From Eledone cirrhosa (lineage: Eukaryota), in the NCBI GenBank assembly GCA_964016885.1, contig OZ024740.1, forward strand, positions 251,286,001-251,350,000: DNA of 64,000 nucleotides, written 5' to 3'. How positions within the stretch are numbered: the stretch's first letter is position 1; the number at the start of each line of letters is the position of its first letter. The notes beneath the pieces are model-generated. The model was not told the origin of the DNA, ran no database searches, and saw only the letters and a list, made by a program, of their open reading frames with translations. Shown here piece by piece: positions 11,733 to 26,500 of this stretch. Made by a program: the position numbers and the translations under genes.

Positions 11733-14700
11733 CTTATCTCCGCCTGATTTTTTTTAAAAAATCATCTCCCCTTGGACGGCTGGAAATTATCTCCCCTTGG
11801 ACGGCTGGAAATTATCTCTCCTTGGACGGCTAGAAATTACCTCTCCTTGGATAATTGAAAATTATCTCCCCTTGGACGGCTGGAAATTATCTCCCCTTGA
11901 TTTTTTTTACAAATTATCTCCCACTGATTTTTTTTACAAATTATCTCCCCTGATTTTTTTTTACAAATTATCTCCCCCTGATTTTTTTTTACAAATTATC
12001 TCCCCCTGATTTTTTTTACAAATTATCTCCCCCTGATTTTTTTACAAATTATCTCCCCTTGGCTGGCTGGAAATTATCTCCCCTTGGAGGCAGGAATTTA
12101 TCTCCCCTTGGACGGCTAGAAATTACCTCTCCTTGGACGGCTGGAAAATATGTCTCCTTGGACGGCTGGAAATTATCTCCCCTTGGACGGCTGGAAATTA
12201 TCTCCCCTTGGACGGCTGGAAATTATCTCCCCTTGGACGGCTAGAAATTACCTCTCCTTGGACGGCTGAAAATTATCTCCCCTTGGACGGCTGGAAATTA
12301 TCTCCCCCTGATTTTTTTTACAAATTATCTCCCCCTGATTTTTTTTACAAATTATCTCCGCCTGATTTTTTTAAATATTATCTCTCCTTGGCTGGCGGGA
12401 AATTATCTCCCCTTGGACGGCTGCAAATTATCTCCGCTTGATTTTTTTTACAAATTATCTTCCCCTGATTTTTTTTTACAAATTATCTCCCCCTGATTTT
12501 TTTTACAAATTATCTCCCCTGATTTTTTTTTACAAATTATCTCCCCCTGATTTTTTTTTACAAATTATCTCCCCCTGATTTTTTTTTACAAATTATCTCC
12601 CCCTGATTTTTTTACAAATTATCTCCCCCTGATTTTTTTTACAATCTCCGCCTGATTTTTTTAAAAATTATCTTCCCTTGGCTGGCGGGAAATTATCTCC
12701 CCTTGGACGGCTGGAAATTATCTCCCCTTGGAAGGATGGAAATTATCTCCCCTTGGACGGCTGGAAATTATCTCCCCTTGCACGGCTGGAAATTATCTCC
12801 CCTTGGCTGGAAATTATCTCCCCTTGGACGGCTAGAAATTATCTCTCTTTGGATGGCTGGAAATTATCTCCCTTTGATTTTTTTTACAAATTATCTCCCT
12901 CTGATTTTTTTTACAAATCTCCCCCTGATTTTTTTTTACAAATTATCTCCCCCTGATTTTTTTTACAAACTATCGCCCCTGATTTTTTTACAAATTATCT
13001 CCCCTTGGCTGGCTGGAAATTATCTCCCCTTGGAGGCTGGAATTTATCTCCCCTTGGACGGCTGGAAATTACCTCTCCTTGGACGGCTGAAAATTATCTC
13101 CCCTTGGACGGCTGGAAATTATCTCCCCTTGATTTTTTTACAAATTATCTCCCCCTGATTTTTTTTTTACAAATTATCTCCCCCTGATTTTTTTTACAAA
13201 TTATCTACGCCTGATTTTTTTAAATATTATCTCTCCTTGGCTGGCGGGAAATTATCTCCCCTTGGAAGGATGGAAATTATCTCCCCTTGGACGGCTGGAA
13301 ATTATCTCCCCTTGCACTGCTGGAAATTATCTCCCCTTGGACGGCTGGAAATTATCTGCCCTTGATTTTGTTTTTACAAATTATCTTCCCCTGATTATTT
13401 TTACAAATTATCTCCACCTGATTTTTTAAAAAATTATCTCCCCTTGGACGGCTGGAAATTATCTCCCCTTGGCTGGAAATTATCTCCCCTTGGACGGCTA
13501 GAAATTATCTCTCTTTGGACGGCTGGAAATTATCTCCCCTTGATTTTTTTTACAAATTATCTCCCCCTGATTTTTTTTACAAATTATCTCCCCATGATTT
13601 TTAAAAAAAAAATTATCTCCCCTTCGCTGGCTGGAAATTATCTCCCCTTGGACGCTGGAAATTATAGCCCCTTGGAGGGCTGGAAATTATCTTCCCTTGG
13701 ACGGCTGGAAATTATCTCCCCTTGATTTTTTTTACAAATTATCTCCCCCTGATTTTTTTTTACAAATTATCTCCCCCTGATTTTTTTTTTACAAATTATC
13801 TCCGCCTGATTTTTTTAAAAAAATTATCTCCCCTTGGACGGCTGGAAATTATCTCCCCTTGGACGGCTGGAAATTATCTCCCCTTGGACGGCTAGAAATT
13901 ACCTCTCCTTGGACGGCTGAAAATTATCTCCCCTTGGACGGCTGCAAATTATCTCCCCTTGATTTTTTTTACAAATTATCCCCCCATGATTTAAAAAAAA
14001 AAAATTATCTCCCCTTCGCTGGCTGGAAATTATCTCCCCTTGGACGCTGGAAATTATAGCCCCTTGGAGGGCTGGAAATTATCTTCCCTTGGACGGCTGG
14101 AAATTATCTCCCCTTGATTTTTTTTACAAATTATCTCCCCCTGATTTTTTTTTACAAATTATCAACCACTGATTTTTTTTTACAAATTATCTCCCCCTGA
14201 TTTTTTTTTTACAAATTATCTCCGCCTGATTTTTTAAAAAAAATTATCTCCCCTTGGACGGCTGGAAATTATCTCCCCTTGGACGGCTGGAAATTATCTC
14301 CCCTTGGACGGCTAGAAATTACCTCTCCTTGGACGGCTGAAAATTATCTCCCCTTGGACGGCTGCAAATTATCTCCCCTTGATTTTTTTTACAAATTATC
14401 TCCCCCTGATTTTTTTTACAAATTATCTCCCCCTGATTTTTTTTACAAATTATCTCCCCCTGATTTTTTTTTACAAATTATCTCCCCCTGATTTTTTTTT
14501 ACAAATTATCTCCCCCTGATTTTTTTTACAAATTATCTCCCCCTGATTTTTTTTACAAATTATCTCCCCCTGATTTTTTTTACAATCTCCGCCTGATTTT
14601 TTAAAAAATTATCTTCCCTTGGCTGGCGGGAAATTATCTCCCCTTGGACGGCTGGAAATTATCTCCCCTTGGACGGCTAGAAATTATCTCTCTTTGGACG

Positions 14701-17100
14701 GCTGGAAATTATCTCCCCTTGATTTTTTTTACAAATTATCTCCCCCTGATTTTTTTTACAAATTATCCCCGCATGATTTTTAAAAAAAAAATTATCTCCC
14801 CTTCGCTGGCTGGAAATTATCTCCCCTTGGACGCTGGAAATTATAGCCCCTTGGAGGGCTGGAAATTATCTTCCCTTGGACGGCTGGAAATTATCTCCCC
14901 TTGATTTTTTTTACAAATTATCTCCCCCTGATTTTTTTTTACAAATTATCTCCCCCTGATTTTTTTTTACAAATTATCTCCCCCTGATTTTTTTTTTTAC
15001 AAATTATCTCCGCCTGATTTTTAAAAAAAAATTATCTCCCCTTGGACGGCTGGAAATTATCTCCCCTTGGACGGCTGGAAATTATCTCCCCTTGGACGGC
15101 TGGAAATTATCTCCCCTTGGACGGCTAGAAATTACCTCTCCTTGGACGGCTGAAAATTATCTCCCCTTGGACGGCTGCAAATTATCTCCCCTTGATTTTT
15201 TTTACAAATTATCTCCCCCTGATTTTTTTTACAAATTATCTCCCCCTGATTTTTTTTACAAATTATCTCCCCCTGATTTTTTTTTACAAATTATCTTCCC
15301 CTGATTTTTTTTTACAAATTATCTCCCCCTGATTTTTTTTACAAATTATCTCCCCCTGATTTTTTTTACAAATTATCTCCCCCTGATTTTTTTTAATAAA
15401 TTATCTCCCCTTGATTTTTTTTTACAAATTATCTCCCCCTGATTTTTTTTTTACAAATTATCTCCCCCTGATTTTTTTACAAATTATCTCCCCCTGATTT
15501 TTTTTACAAATTATCTCCCCCTGATTTTTTTTACAAATTATCTCCCCTTGATTTTTTTTTACAAATTATCTCCCCCTGATTTTTTTTTTACAAATTATCT
15601 CCCCCTGATTTTTTTAAAAATTATCTTCCCTTGGCTTGCGGGAAATTATCTCCCCTTGGACGGCTGGAAATTATCTCCCCTTGGAAGGATGTAAATTATC
15701 TCCCCTTGGACGGCTGGAAATTATCTCCCCTTGCACGGCTGGAAATTATCTCCCCTTGATTTTTTTTACAAATTATCTCCCCCTGATTTTTTTTTACAAA
15801 TTATCTCCCCCTGATTTTTTTTTACAAATTATCTCCCCCTGATTTTTTTTACAAATTATCTCCCCCTGATTTAAAAAAAAAAAATTATCTCCCCTTCGCT
15901 GGCTGGAAATTATCTCCCCTTGGACGCTGGAAATTATAGCCCCTTGGAGGGCTGGAAATTATCTTCCCTTGGACGGCTGGAAATTATCTTCCCTTGGACG
16001 GCTGGAAATTATCTCCCCTTGATTTTTTTTACAAATTATCTCCCCCTGATTTTTTTTTACAAATTATCTCCCCCTGATTTTTTTTTACAAATTATCTCCC
16101 CCTGATTTTTTTTTTACAAATTATCTCCGCTTGATTTTTTAAAAAAAATTATCTCCCCTTGGACGGCTGGAAATTATCTCCCCTTGGACGGCTGGAAATT
16201 ATCTCCCCTTGGACGGCTAGAAATTATCTCTCCTTGGACGGCTGAAAATTATCTCCCCTTGGACGGCTGCAAATTATCTCCCCTTGATTTTTTTTACAAA
16301 TTATCTCCCCCTGATTTTTTTTTACAAATTATCTCCCCCTCATTTTTTTTACAAATTATCTACCCCTGATTTTTTTTACAAATTATCTCCCCCTGATTTT
16401 TTTTTACAAATTATCTCCCCCTGATTTTTTTTTACAAATTATCTCCCCCTGATTTTTTTTTTACAAATTATCTCCCCCTGATTTTTTTACAAATTATCTC
16501 CCCCTGATTTTTTTTACAATCTCCGCCTGATTTTTTTAAAAATTATCTTCCCTTGGCTGGCGGGAAATTATCTCCCCTTGGACGGCTGGAAATTATCTCC
16601 CCTTGGAAGGATGGAAATTATCTCCCCTTGGACGGCTGGAAATTATCTCCCCTTGCACGGCTGGAAATTATCTCCCCTTGGCTGCAAATTATCTCCCCTT
16701 GGACGGCTAGAAATTATCTCTCTTTGGATGGCTGGAAATTATCTCCCTTTGATTTTTTTTACAAATTATCTCCCTCTGATTTTTTTTACAAATCTCCCCC
16801 TGATTTTTTTTTACAAATTATCTCCCCCTGATTTTTTTTACAAACTATCGCCCCTGATTTTTTTACAAATTATCTCCCCTTGGCTGGCTGGAAATTATCT
16901 CCCCTTGGAGGCTGGAATTTATCTCCCCTTGGACGGCTAGAAATTACCTCTCCTTGGACGGCTGGAAAATATGTCTCCTTGGACGGCTGGAAATTATCTC
17001 CCCTTGGACGGCTGGAAATTACCTCTCCTTGGACGGCTGAAAATTATCTCCCCTTGGACGGCTGGAAATTATCTCCCCTTGATTTTTTTACAAATTATCT
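6700..17100 (+). repeat. Direct repeat pair at ~5.75-5.8-kb spacing (about 6.7-11.3 kb matches 12.5-17.1 kb)
   Basis: Offsets 7702/13444=5742, 8900/14644=5744, 9322/15092=5770, 11109/16880=5771. Shared TTTTAATAAA variant at ~9621 and ~15391. Boundaries are approximate. Confidence 0.8.
11648..15420 (+). repeat. Copy of the distal part of unit H (matches about 28125-31870)
   Basis: Offset 16477 (12059/28536, 13444/29921, 14644/31121), then 16452 after one extra A monomer near 15050. Shared GGATAATTGA variant. Confidence 0.87.
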
Positions 17101-20100
17101 CCCCCTGATTTTTTTTACAATCTCCGCCTGATTTTTTAAAAAATTATCTTCCCTTGGCTGGCGGGAAATTATCTCCCCTTGGACGGCTGGAAATTATCTC
17201 CCCTTGGACGGCTAGAAATTATCTCTCTTTGGACGGCTGGAAATTATCTCCCCTTGATTTTTTTTACAAATTATCTCCCCCTGATTTTTTTTACAAATTA
17301 TCCCCGCATGATTTTTAAAAAAAAAATTATCTCCCCTTCGCTGGCTGGAAATTATCTCCCCTTGGACGCTGGAAATTATAGCCCCTTGGAGGGCTGGAAA
17401 TTATCTTCCCTTGGACGGCTGGAAATTATCTCCCCTTGATTTTTTTTACAAATTATCTCCCCCTGATTTTTTTTTACAAATTATCTCCCCCTGATTTTTT
17501 TTTACAAATTATCTCCCCCTGATTTTTTTTTTTACAAATTATCTCCGCCTGATTTTTAAAAAAAAATTATCTCCCCTTGGACGGCTGGAAATTATCTCCC
17601 CTTGGACGGCTGGAAATTATCTCCCCTTGGACGGCTAGAAATTACCTCTCCTTGGACGGCTGAAAATTATCTCCCATTGGACGGCTGCAAATTATCTCCC
17701 CTTGATTTTTTTTACAAATTATCTCCCGCTGATTTTTTTTACAAATTATCTCCCCCTGATTTTTTTTACAAATTATCTCCCCCTGATTTTTTTTTACAAA
17801 TTATCTCCCCCTGATTTTTTTTTACAAATTATCTCCCCCTGATTTTTTTTACAAATTATCTCCCCCTGATTTTTTTTACAAATTATCTCCCCCTGATTTT
17901 TTTTTACAAATTATCTCCCCTTGATTTTTTTTTACAAATTATCTCCCCCTGATTTTTTTTTTACAAATTATCTCCCCCTGATTTTTTTACAAATTATCTC
18001 CCCCTGATTTTTTTTACAAATTATCTCCCCCTGATTTTTTTTACAAATTATCTCCCCTTGATTTTTTTTTACAAATTATCTCCCCCTGATTTTTTTTTTA
18101 CAAATTATCTCCCCCTGATTTTTTTAAAAATTATCTTCCCTTGGCTGGCGGGAAATTATCTCCCCTTGGACGGCTGGAAATTATCTCCCCTTGGAAGGAT
18201 GTAAATTATCTCCCCTTGGACGGCTGGAAATTATCTCCCCTTGCACGGCTGGAAATTATCTCCCCTTGATTTTTTTTACAAATTATCTCCCCCTGATTTT
18301 TTTTTACAAATTATCTCCCCCTGATTTTTTTTTACAAATTATCTCCCCCTGATTTTTTTTACAAATTATCTCCCCCTGATTTAAAAAAAAAAAATTATCT
18401 CCTCTTCGCTGGCTGGAAATTATCTCCCCTTGGACGCTGGAAATTATAGCCCCTTGGAGGGCTGGAAATTATCTTCCCTTGGACGGCTGGAAATTATCTT
18501 CCCTTGGACGGCTGGAAATTATCTCCCCTTGATTTTTTTTACAAATTATCTCCCCCTGATTTTTTTTTACAAATTATCTCCCCCTGATTTTTTTTTACAA
18601 ATTATCTCCCCCTGATTTTTTTTTTACAAATTATCTCCGCTTGATTTTTAAAAAAAAATTATCTCCCCTTGGACGGCTGGAAATTATCTCCCCTTGGACG
18701 GCTGGAAATTATCTCCCCTTGGACGGCTAGAAATTATCTCTCCTTGGACGGCTGAAAATTATCTCCCCTTGGACGGCTGCAAATTATCTCCCCTTGATTT
18801 TTTTTTACAAATTATCTCCCCCTGATTTTTTTTTTACAAATTATCTCCCCCTGATTTTTTTACAAATTATCTCCCCCTGATTTTTTTTACAAATTATCTC
18901 CCCCTGATTTTTTTTACAAATTATCTCCCCTTGATTTTTTTTTACAAATTATCTCCCCCTGATTTTTTTTTTACAAATTATCTCCCCCTGATTTTTTTAA
19001 AAATTATCTTCCCTTGGCTGGCGGGAAATTATCTCCCCTTGGACGGCTGGAAATTATCTCCCCTTGGAAGGATGTAAATTATCTCCCCTTGGACGGCTGG
19101 AAATTATCTCCCCTTGCACGGCTGGAAATTATCTCCCCTTGATTTTTTTTACAAATTATCTCCCCCTGATTTTTTTTTACAAATTATCTCCCCCTGATTT
19201 TTTTTTACAAATTATCTCCCCCTGATTTTTTTTACAAATTATCTCCCCCTGATTTAAAAAAAAAAAATTATCTCCCCTTCGCTGGCTGGAAATTATCTCC
19301 CCTTGGACGCTGGAAATTATAGCCCCTTGGAGGGCTGGAAATTATCTTCCCTTGGACGGCTGGAAATTATCTTCCCTTGGACGGCTGGAAATTATCTCCC
19401 CTTGATTTTTTTTACAAATTATCTCCCCCTGATTTTTTTTTACAAATTATCTCCCCCTGATTTTTTTTTACAAATTATCTCCCCCTGATTTTTTTTTTAC
19501 AAATTATCTCCGCTTGATTTTTTAAAAAAAATTATCTCCCCTTGGACGGCTGGAAATTATCTCCCCTTGGACGGCTGGAAATTATCTCCCCTTGGACGGC
19601 TAGAAATTATCTCTCCTTGGACGGCTGAAAATTATCTCCCCTTGGACGGCTGCAAATTATCTCCCCTTGATTTTTTTTACAAATTATCTCCCCCTGATTT
19701 TTTTTTACAAATTATCTCCCCCTCATTTTTTTTACAAATTATCTACCCCTGATTTTTTTTACAAATTATCTCCCCCTGATTTTTTTTTACAAATTATCTC
19801 CCCCTGATTTTTTTTTACAAATTATCTCCCCCTGATTTTTTTTTTACAAATTATCTCCCCCTGATTTTTTTACAAATTATCTCCCCCTGATTTTTTTTAC
19901 AATCTCCGCCTGATTTTTTTAAAAATTATCTTCCCTTGGCTGGCGGGAAATTATCTCCCCTTGGACGGCTGGAAATTATCTCCCCTTGGAAGGATGGAAA
20001 TTATCTCCCCTTGGACGGCTGGAAATTATCTCCCCTTGCACGGCTGGAAATTATCTCCCCTTGGCTGGAAATTATCTCCCCTTGGACGGCTAGAAATTAT

Positions 20101-22150
20101 CTCTCTTTGGATGGCTGGAAATTATCTCCCTTTGATTTTTTTTACAAATTATCTCCCTCTGATTTTTTTTACAAATCTCCCCCTGATTTTTTTTTACAAA
20201 TTATCTCCCCCTGATTTTTTTTACAAACTATCGCCCCTGATTTTTTTACAAATTATCTCCCCTTGGCTGGCTGGAAATTATCTCCCCTTGGAGGCTGGAA
20301 TTTATCTCCCTTTGGACGGCTAGAAATTACCTCTCCTTGGACGGCTGGAAAATATGTCTCCTTGGACGGCTGGAAATTATCTCCCCTTGGACGGCTGGAA
20401 ATTACCTCTCCTTGGACGGCTGAAAATTATCTCCCCTTGGACGGCTGGAAATTATCTCCCCTTGATTTTTTTACAAATTATCTCCCCCTGATTTTTTTTA
20501 CAATCTCCGCCTGATTTTTTAAAAAATTATCTTCCCTTGGCTGGCGGGAAATTATCTCCCCTTGGACGGCTGGAAATTATCTCCCCTTGGACGGCTAGAA
20601 ATTATCTCTCTTTGGACGGCTGGAAATTATCTCCCCTTGATTTTTTTTACAAATTATCTCCCCCTGATTTTTTTTACAAATTATCCCCGCATGATTTTTA
20701 AAAAAAAAATTATCTCCCCTTCGCTGGCTGGAAATTATCTCCCCTTGGACGCTGGAAATTATAGCCCCTTGGAGGGCTGGAAATTATCTTCCCTTGGACG
20801 GCTGGAAATTATCTCCCCTTGATTTTTTTTACAAATTATCTCCCCCTGATTTTTTTTTACAAATTATCTCCCCCTGATTTTTTTTTTTACAAATTATCTC
20901 CGCCTGATTTTAAAAAAAAAATTATCTCCCCTTGGACGGCTGGAAATTATCTCCCCTTGGACGGCTGGAAATTATCTCCCCTTGGACGGCTAGAAATTAC
21001 CTCTCCTTGGACGGCTGAAAATTATCTCCCATTGGACGGCTGCAAATTATCTCCCCTTGATTTTTTTTACAAATTATCTCCCGCTGATTTTTTTTACAAA
21101 TTATCTCCCCCTGATTTTTTTTACAAATTATCTCCCCCTGATTTTTTTTTACAAATTATCTCCCCCTGATTTTTTTTTACAAATTATCTCCCCCTGATTT
21201 TTTTTACAAATTATCTCCCCCTGATTTTTTTTACAAATTATCTCCCCCTGATTTTTTTTTACAAATTATCTCCCCTTGATTTTTTTTTACAAATTATCTC
21301 CCCCTGATTTTTTTTTTACAAATTATCTCCCCCTGATTTTTTTACAAATTATCTCCCCCTGATTTTTTTTACAAATTATCTCCCCCTGATTTTTTTTACA
21401 AATTATCTCCCCTTGATTTTTTTTTACAAATTATCTCCCCCTGATTTTTTTTTTACAAATTATCTCCCCCTGATTTTTTTAAAAATTATCTTCCCTTGGC
21501 TGGCGGGAAATTATCTCCCCTTGGACGGCTGGAAATTATCTCCCCTTGGAAGGATGTAAATTATCTCCCCTTGGACGGCTGGAAATTATCTCCCCTTGCA
21601 CGGCTGGAAATTATCTCCCCTTGATTTTTTTTACAAATTATCTCCCCCTGATTTTTTTTTACAAATTATCTCCCCCTGATTTTTTTTTACAAATTATCTC
21701 CCCCTGATTTTTTTTACAAATTATCTCCCCCTGATTTAAAAAAAAAAAATTATCTCCTCTTCGCTGGCTGGAAATTATCTCCCCTTGGACGCTGGAAATT
21801 ATAGCCCCTTGGAGGGCTGGAAATTATCTTCCCTTGGACGGCTGGAAATTATCTTCCCTTGGACGGCTGGAAATTATCTCCCCTTGATTTTTTTTACAAA
21901 TTATCTCCCCCTGATTTTTTTTTACAAATTATCTCCCCCTGATTTTTTTTTACAAATTATCTCCCCCTGATTTTTTTTTTACAAATTATCTCCGCTTGAT
22001 TTTTAAAAAAAAATTATCTCCCCTTGGACGGCTGGAAATTATCTCCCCTTGGACGGCTGGAAATTATCTCCCCTTGGACGGCTAGAAATTATCTCTCCTT
22101 GGACGGCTGAAAATTATCTCCCCCTTGGACGGCTGCAAATTATCTCCCCT
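15400..22150 (+). repeat. ~3.38-kb tandem duplication (15400-18790 / 18790-22150), repeated at about 35870-42620
   Basis: Offset 3383 (15920/19303, 16553/19936, 17179/20562), then 3355 (18430/21785) after loss of one 28-bp B monomer. Confidence 0.88.
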
Positions 22151-23599
22151 TGATTTTTTTTACAAATTATCTCCCCCTAATTTTTTTTTACAAATTATCT
22201 CCCCCTCATTTTTTTTACAAATTATCTACCCCTGATTTTTTTTACAAATTATCTCCCCCTGATTTTTTTTTACAAATTATCTCCCTCTGATTTTTTTTTA
22301 CAAATTATCTCCCCCTGATTTTTTTTTTACAAATTATCTCCCCCTGATTTTTTTAAAAATTATCTCCCCCTGATTTTTTTACAATCTCCGCCTGATTTTT
22401 TTAAAAATTATCTTCCCTTGGCTGGCGGGAAATTATCTCCCCTTGGACGGCTGGAAATTATCTCCCCTTGGAAGGATGGAAATTATCTCCCCTTGGACGG
22501 CTGGAAATTATCTCCCCTTGCACGGCTGGAAATTATCTCCCCTTGGCTGGAAATTATCTCCCCTTGGACGGCTAGAAATTATCTCTCTTTGGACGGCTGG
22601 AAATTATGTCCCTTTGATTTTTTTTACAAATTATCTACCTCTGATATTTTTTACAAATCTCCCCCTGATTTTTTAAAAAAAATTATCTCCCCTTCGCTGG
22701 CTGGAAATTATCTCCCCTTGGACACTGGAAATTATAGCCCCTTGGAGGGCTGGAAATTATCTTCCCTTGGACGGCTGGAAATTATCTCCCCTTGATTGTT
22801 TTTACAAATTATCTCCGCCTGATTTTTTTTAAAAATTATCTCTCCTTGGACGGCTGGAAATTATCTCCCCTTGATTTTTTTTACAAATTATCTCCCCCTG
22901 ATTTTTTTTTACAAATTATCTCCCCCTAATTTTTTTTTACAAATTATCTACCCCTGATTTTTTTTACAAATTATCTCCCCCTGATTTTTTTTACAAATTA
23001 TCTCCCCCTGATTTTTCTTTTACAAATTATCTCCCCCTGATTTTTTTACAAATTATCTCCCCCTGATTTTTTTTACAAATTATCTCCGCCTGATTTTTTT
23101 AAATATTATCTTCCCTTGGCTGGCGGGAAATTATCTCCCCTTGGACGGCTGGAAATTATCTGCCCTTGATTTTGTTTTTACAAATTATCTTCCACTGATT
23201 TTTTTTACAAATTATCTCCACCTGATTTTTTAAAAAAATTATCTCCCCTTGGAAGGCTGGAAATTATCTCCCCTTGGACGGCTAGAAATTATCTCTCTTT
23301 GGACGGCTGGAAATTATCTCCCCTTGATTTTTTTTACAAATTATCTCCCCCTGATTTTTTTTACAAATATCCCAGTGATTTTTTTTAAAAAATTATCTCC
23401 CCTTCGCTGGCTGGAAATTATCTCCCCTTGGATGCTGGAAATTATAGCCCCTTGGAGGGCTGGAAATTATCTTCCCTTGGACGGCTGGAAATTATCTCCC
23501 CTTGATTTTTTTTACAAATTATCTCCCCCTGATTTTTTTTTTCAAATTATCTCCCCCTGATTTTTTTTTACAAATTTTCTCCCCCTGATTTTTTTTTAC

Positions 23600-26500
23600 A
23601 ACTTATCTCCGCCTGATTTTTTTTAAAAAATCATCTCCCCTTGGACGGCTGGAAATTATCTCCCCTTGGACGGCTGGAAATTATCTCTCCTTGGACGGCT
23701 AGAAATTACCTCTCCTTGGACAATTGAAAATTATCTCCCCTTGGACGGCTGGAAATTATCTCCCCTTGATTTTTTTTACAAATTATCTCCCCCTGATTTT
23801 TTTTACAAATTATCTCCCCTGATTTTTTTTTACAAATTATCTCCCCCTGATTTTTTTTTACAAATTATCTCCCCCTGATTTTTTTTACAAATTATCTCCC
23901 CCTGATTTTTTTACAAATTATCTCCCCTTGGCTGGCTGGAAATTATCTCCCCTTGGAGGCAGGAATTTATCTCCCCTTGGACGGGTAGAAATTACCTCTC
24001 CTTGGACGGCTGGAAAATATGTCTCCTTGGACGGCTGGAAATTATCTCCCCTTGGACGGCTGGAAATTATCTCCCCTTGGACGGCTGGAAATTATCTCCC
24101 CTTGGACGGCTAGAAATTACTTCTCCTTGGACGGCTGAAAATTATCTCCCCTTGGACGGCTGGAAATTATCTCCCCTTGATTTTTTTACAAATTATCTCC
24201 CCCTGATTTTTTTTTACAAATTATCTCCCCCTGATTTTTTTTACAAATTATCTCCCCCTGATTTTTTTTACAAATTATCTCCCCCTGATTTTTTTTACAA
24301 ATTATCTCCGCCTGATTTTTTTAAATATTATCTCTCCTTGGCTGGCGGGAAATTATCTCCCCTTGGACGGCTGCAAATTATCTCCGCTTGATTTTTTTTA
24401 CAAATTATCTCCCCCTGATTTTTTTTTAAAAATTATCTCCCCTTGATTTTTTTTACAAATTATCTCTCCTGATTTTTTTTTACAAATTATCTCCCCCTGA
24501 TTTTTTTTTACAAATTATCTCCCCCTGATTTTTTTTTTACAAATTATCTCCCCCTGATTTTTTTACAAATTATCTCCCCCTGATTTTTTTTACAATCTCC
24601 GCTTGATTTTTTTAAAAATTATCTTCCCTTGGCTGGCGGGAAATTATCTCCCCTTGGACGGCTGGAAATTATCTCCCCTTGGAAGGATGGAAATTATCTC
24701 CCCTTGGACGGCTGGAAATTATCTCCCCTTGCACGGCTGGAAATTATCTCCCCTTGGCTGGAAATTATCTCCCCTTGGACGGCTAGAAATTATCTCTCTT
24801 TGGATGGCTGGAAATTATCTCCCTTTGATTTTTTTACAAATTATCTCCCTCTGATTTTTTTTACAAATCTCGCCCTGATTTTTTTTTACAAATTATCTCC
24901 CCCTGATTTTTTTTACAAACTATCTCCCCCTGATTTTTTTACAAATTATCTCCCCTTGGCTGGCTGGAAATTATCTCCCCTTGGAGGCTGGAATTTATCT
25001 CCCCTTGGACGGCTAGAAATTACCTCTCCTTGGACGGCTGGAAAATATGTCTCCTTGGACGGCTGGAAATTATCTCCCCTTGGACGGCTGGAAATTACCT
25101 CTCCTTGGACGGCTGAAAATTATCTCCCCTTGGACGGCTGGAAATTATCTCCCCTTGATTTTTTTACAAATTATCTCCCCCTGATTTTTTTTTTACAAAT
25201 TATCTCCCCCTGATTTTTTTTACAAATTATCTACGCCTGATTTTTTTAAATATTATCTCTCCTTGGCTGGCGGGAAATTATCTCCCCTTGGACGGCTGGA
25301 AATTATCTCCCCTTGGAAGGATGGAAATTATCTCCCCTTGGACGGCTGGAAATTATCTCCCCTTGCACTGCTGGAAATTATCTCCCCTTGGACGGCTGGA
25401 AATTATCTGCCCTTGATTTTGTTTTTACAAATTATCTTCCCCTGATTATTTTTACAAATTATCTCCACCTGATTTTTAAAAAAATTATCTACCCTTGGAC
25501 GGCTGGAAATTATCTCCCCTTGGCTGGAAATTATCTCCCCTTGGACGGCTAGAAATTATCTCTCTTTGGACGGCTGGAAATTATCTCCCCTTGATTTTTT
25601 TTACAAATTATCTCCCCCTGATTTTTTTTACAAATTATCCCCCCATGATTTTTAAAAAAAAAATTATCTCCCCTTCGCTGGCTGGAAATTATCTCCCCTT
25701 GGACGCTGGAAATTATAGCCCCTTGGAGGGCTGGAAATTATCTTCCCTTGGACGGCTGGAAATTATCTCCCCTTGATTTTTTTTACAAATTATCTCCCCC
25801 TGATTTTTTTTTACAAATTATCTCCCCCTGATTTTTTTTTTACAAATTATCTCCGCCTGATTTTTTTAAAAAAATTATCTCCCCTTGGACGGCTGGAAAT
25901 TATCTCCCCTTGGACGGCTGGAAATTATCTCCCGTTGGACGGCTAGAAATTACCTCTCCTTGGACGGCTGAAAATTATCTCCCCTTGGACGGCTGCAAAT
26001 TATCTCCCCTTGATTTTTTTTACAAATTATCCCCCCATGATTTAAAAAAAAAAAATTATCTCCCCTTCGCTGGCTGGAAATTATCTCCCCTTGGACGCTG
26101 GAAATTATAGCCCCTTGGAGGGCTGGAAATTATCTTCCCTTGGACGGCTGGAAATTATCTCCCCTTGATTTTTTTTACAAATTATCTCCCTCTGATTTTT
26201 TTTTACAAATTATCTACCACTGATTTTTTTTTACAAATTATCTCCCCCTGATTTTTTTTTTACAAATTATCTCCGCGTGATTTTTTTTAAAAAATTATCT
26301 CCCCTTGGACGGCTGGAAATTATCTCCCCTTGGACGGCTGGAAATTATCTCGCCTTGGACGGCTAGAAATTACCTCTCCTTGGACGGCTGAAAATTATCT
26401 CCCCTTGGACGGCTGCAAATTATCTCCCCTTGATTTTTTTTACAAATTATCTCCCCCTGATTTTTTTTACAAATTATCTCCCCCTGATTTTTTTTACAAA

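Noticed and set aside
17910-19670. Independent 873-bp tandem duplication
   Set aside because: Allele states show it is a by-product of the 3,383-bp duplication junction.
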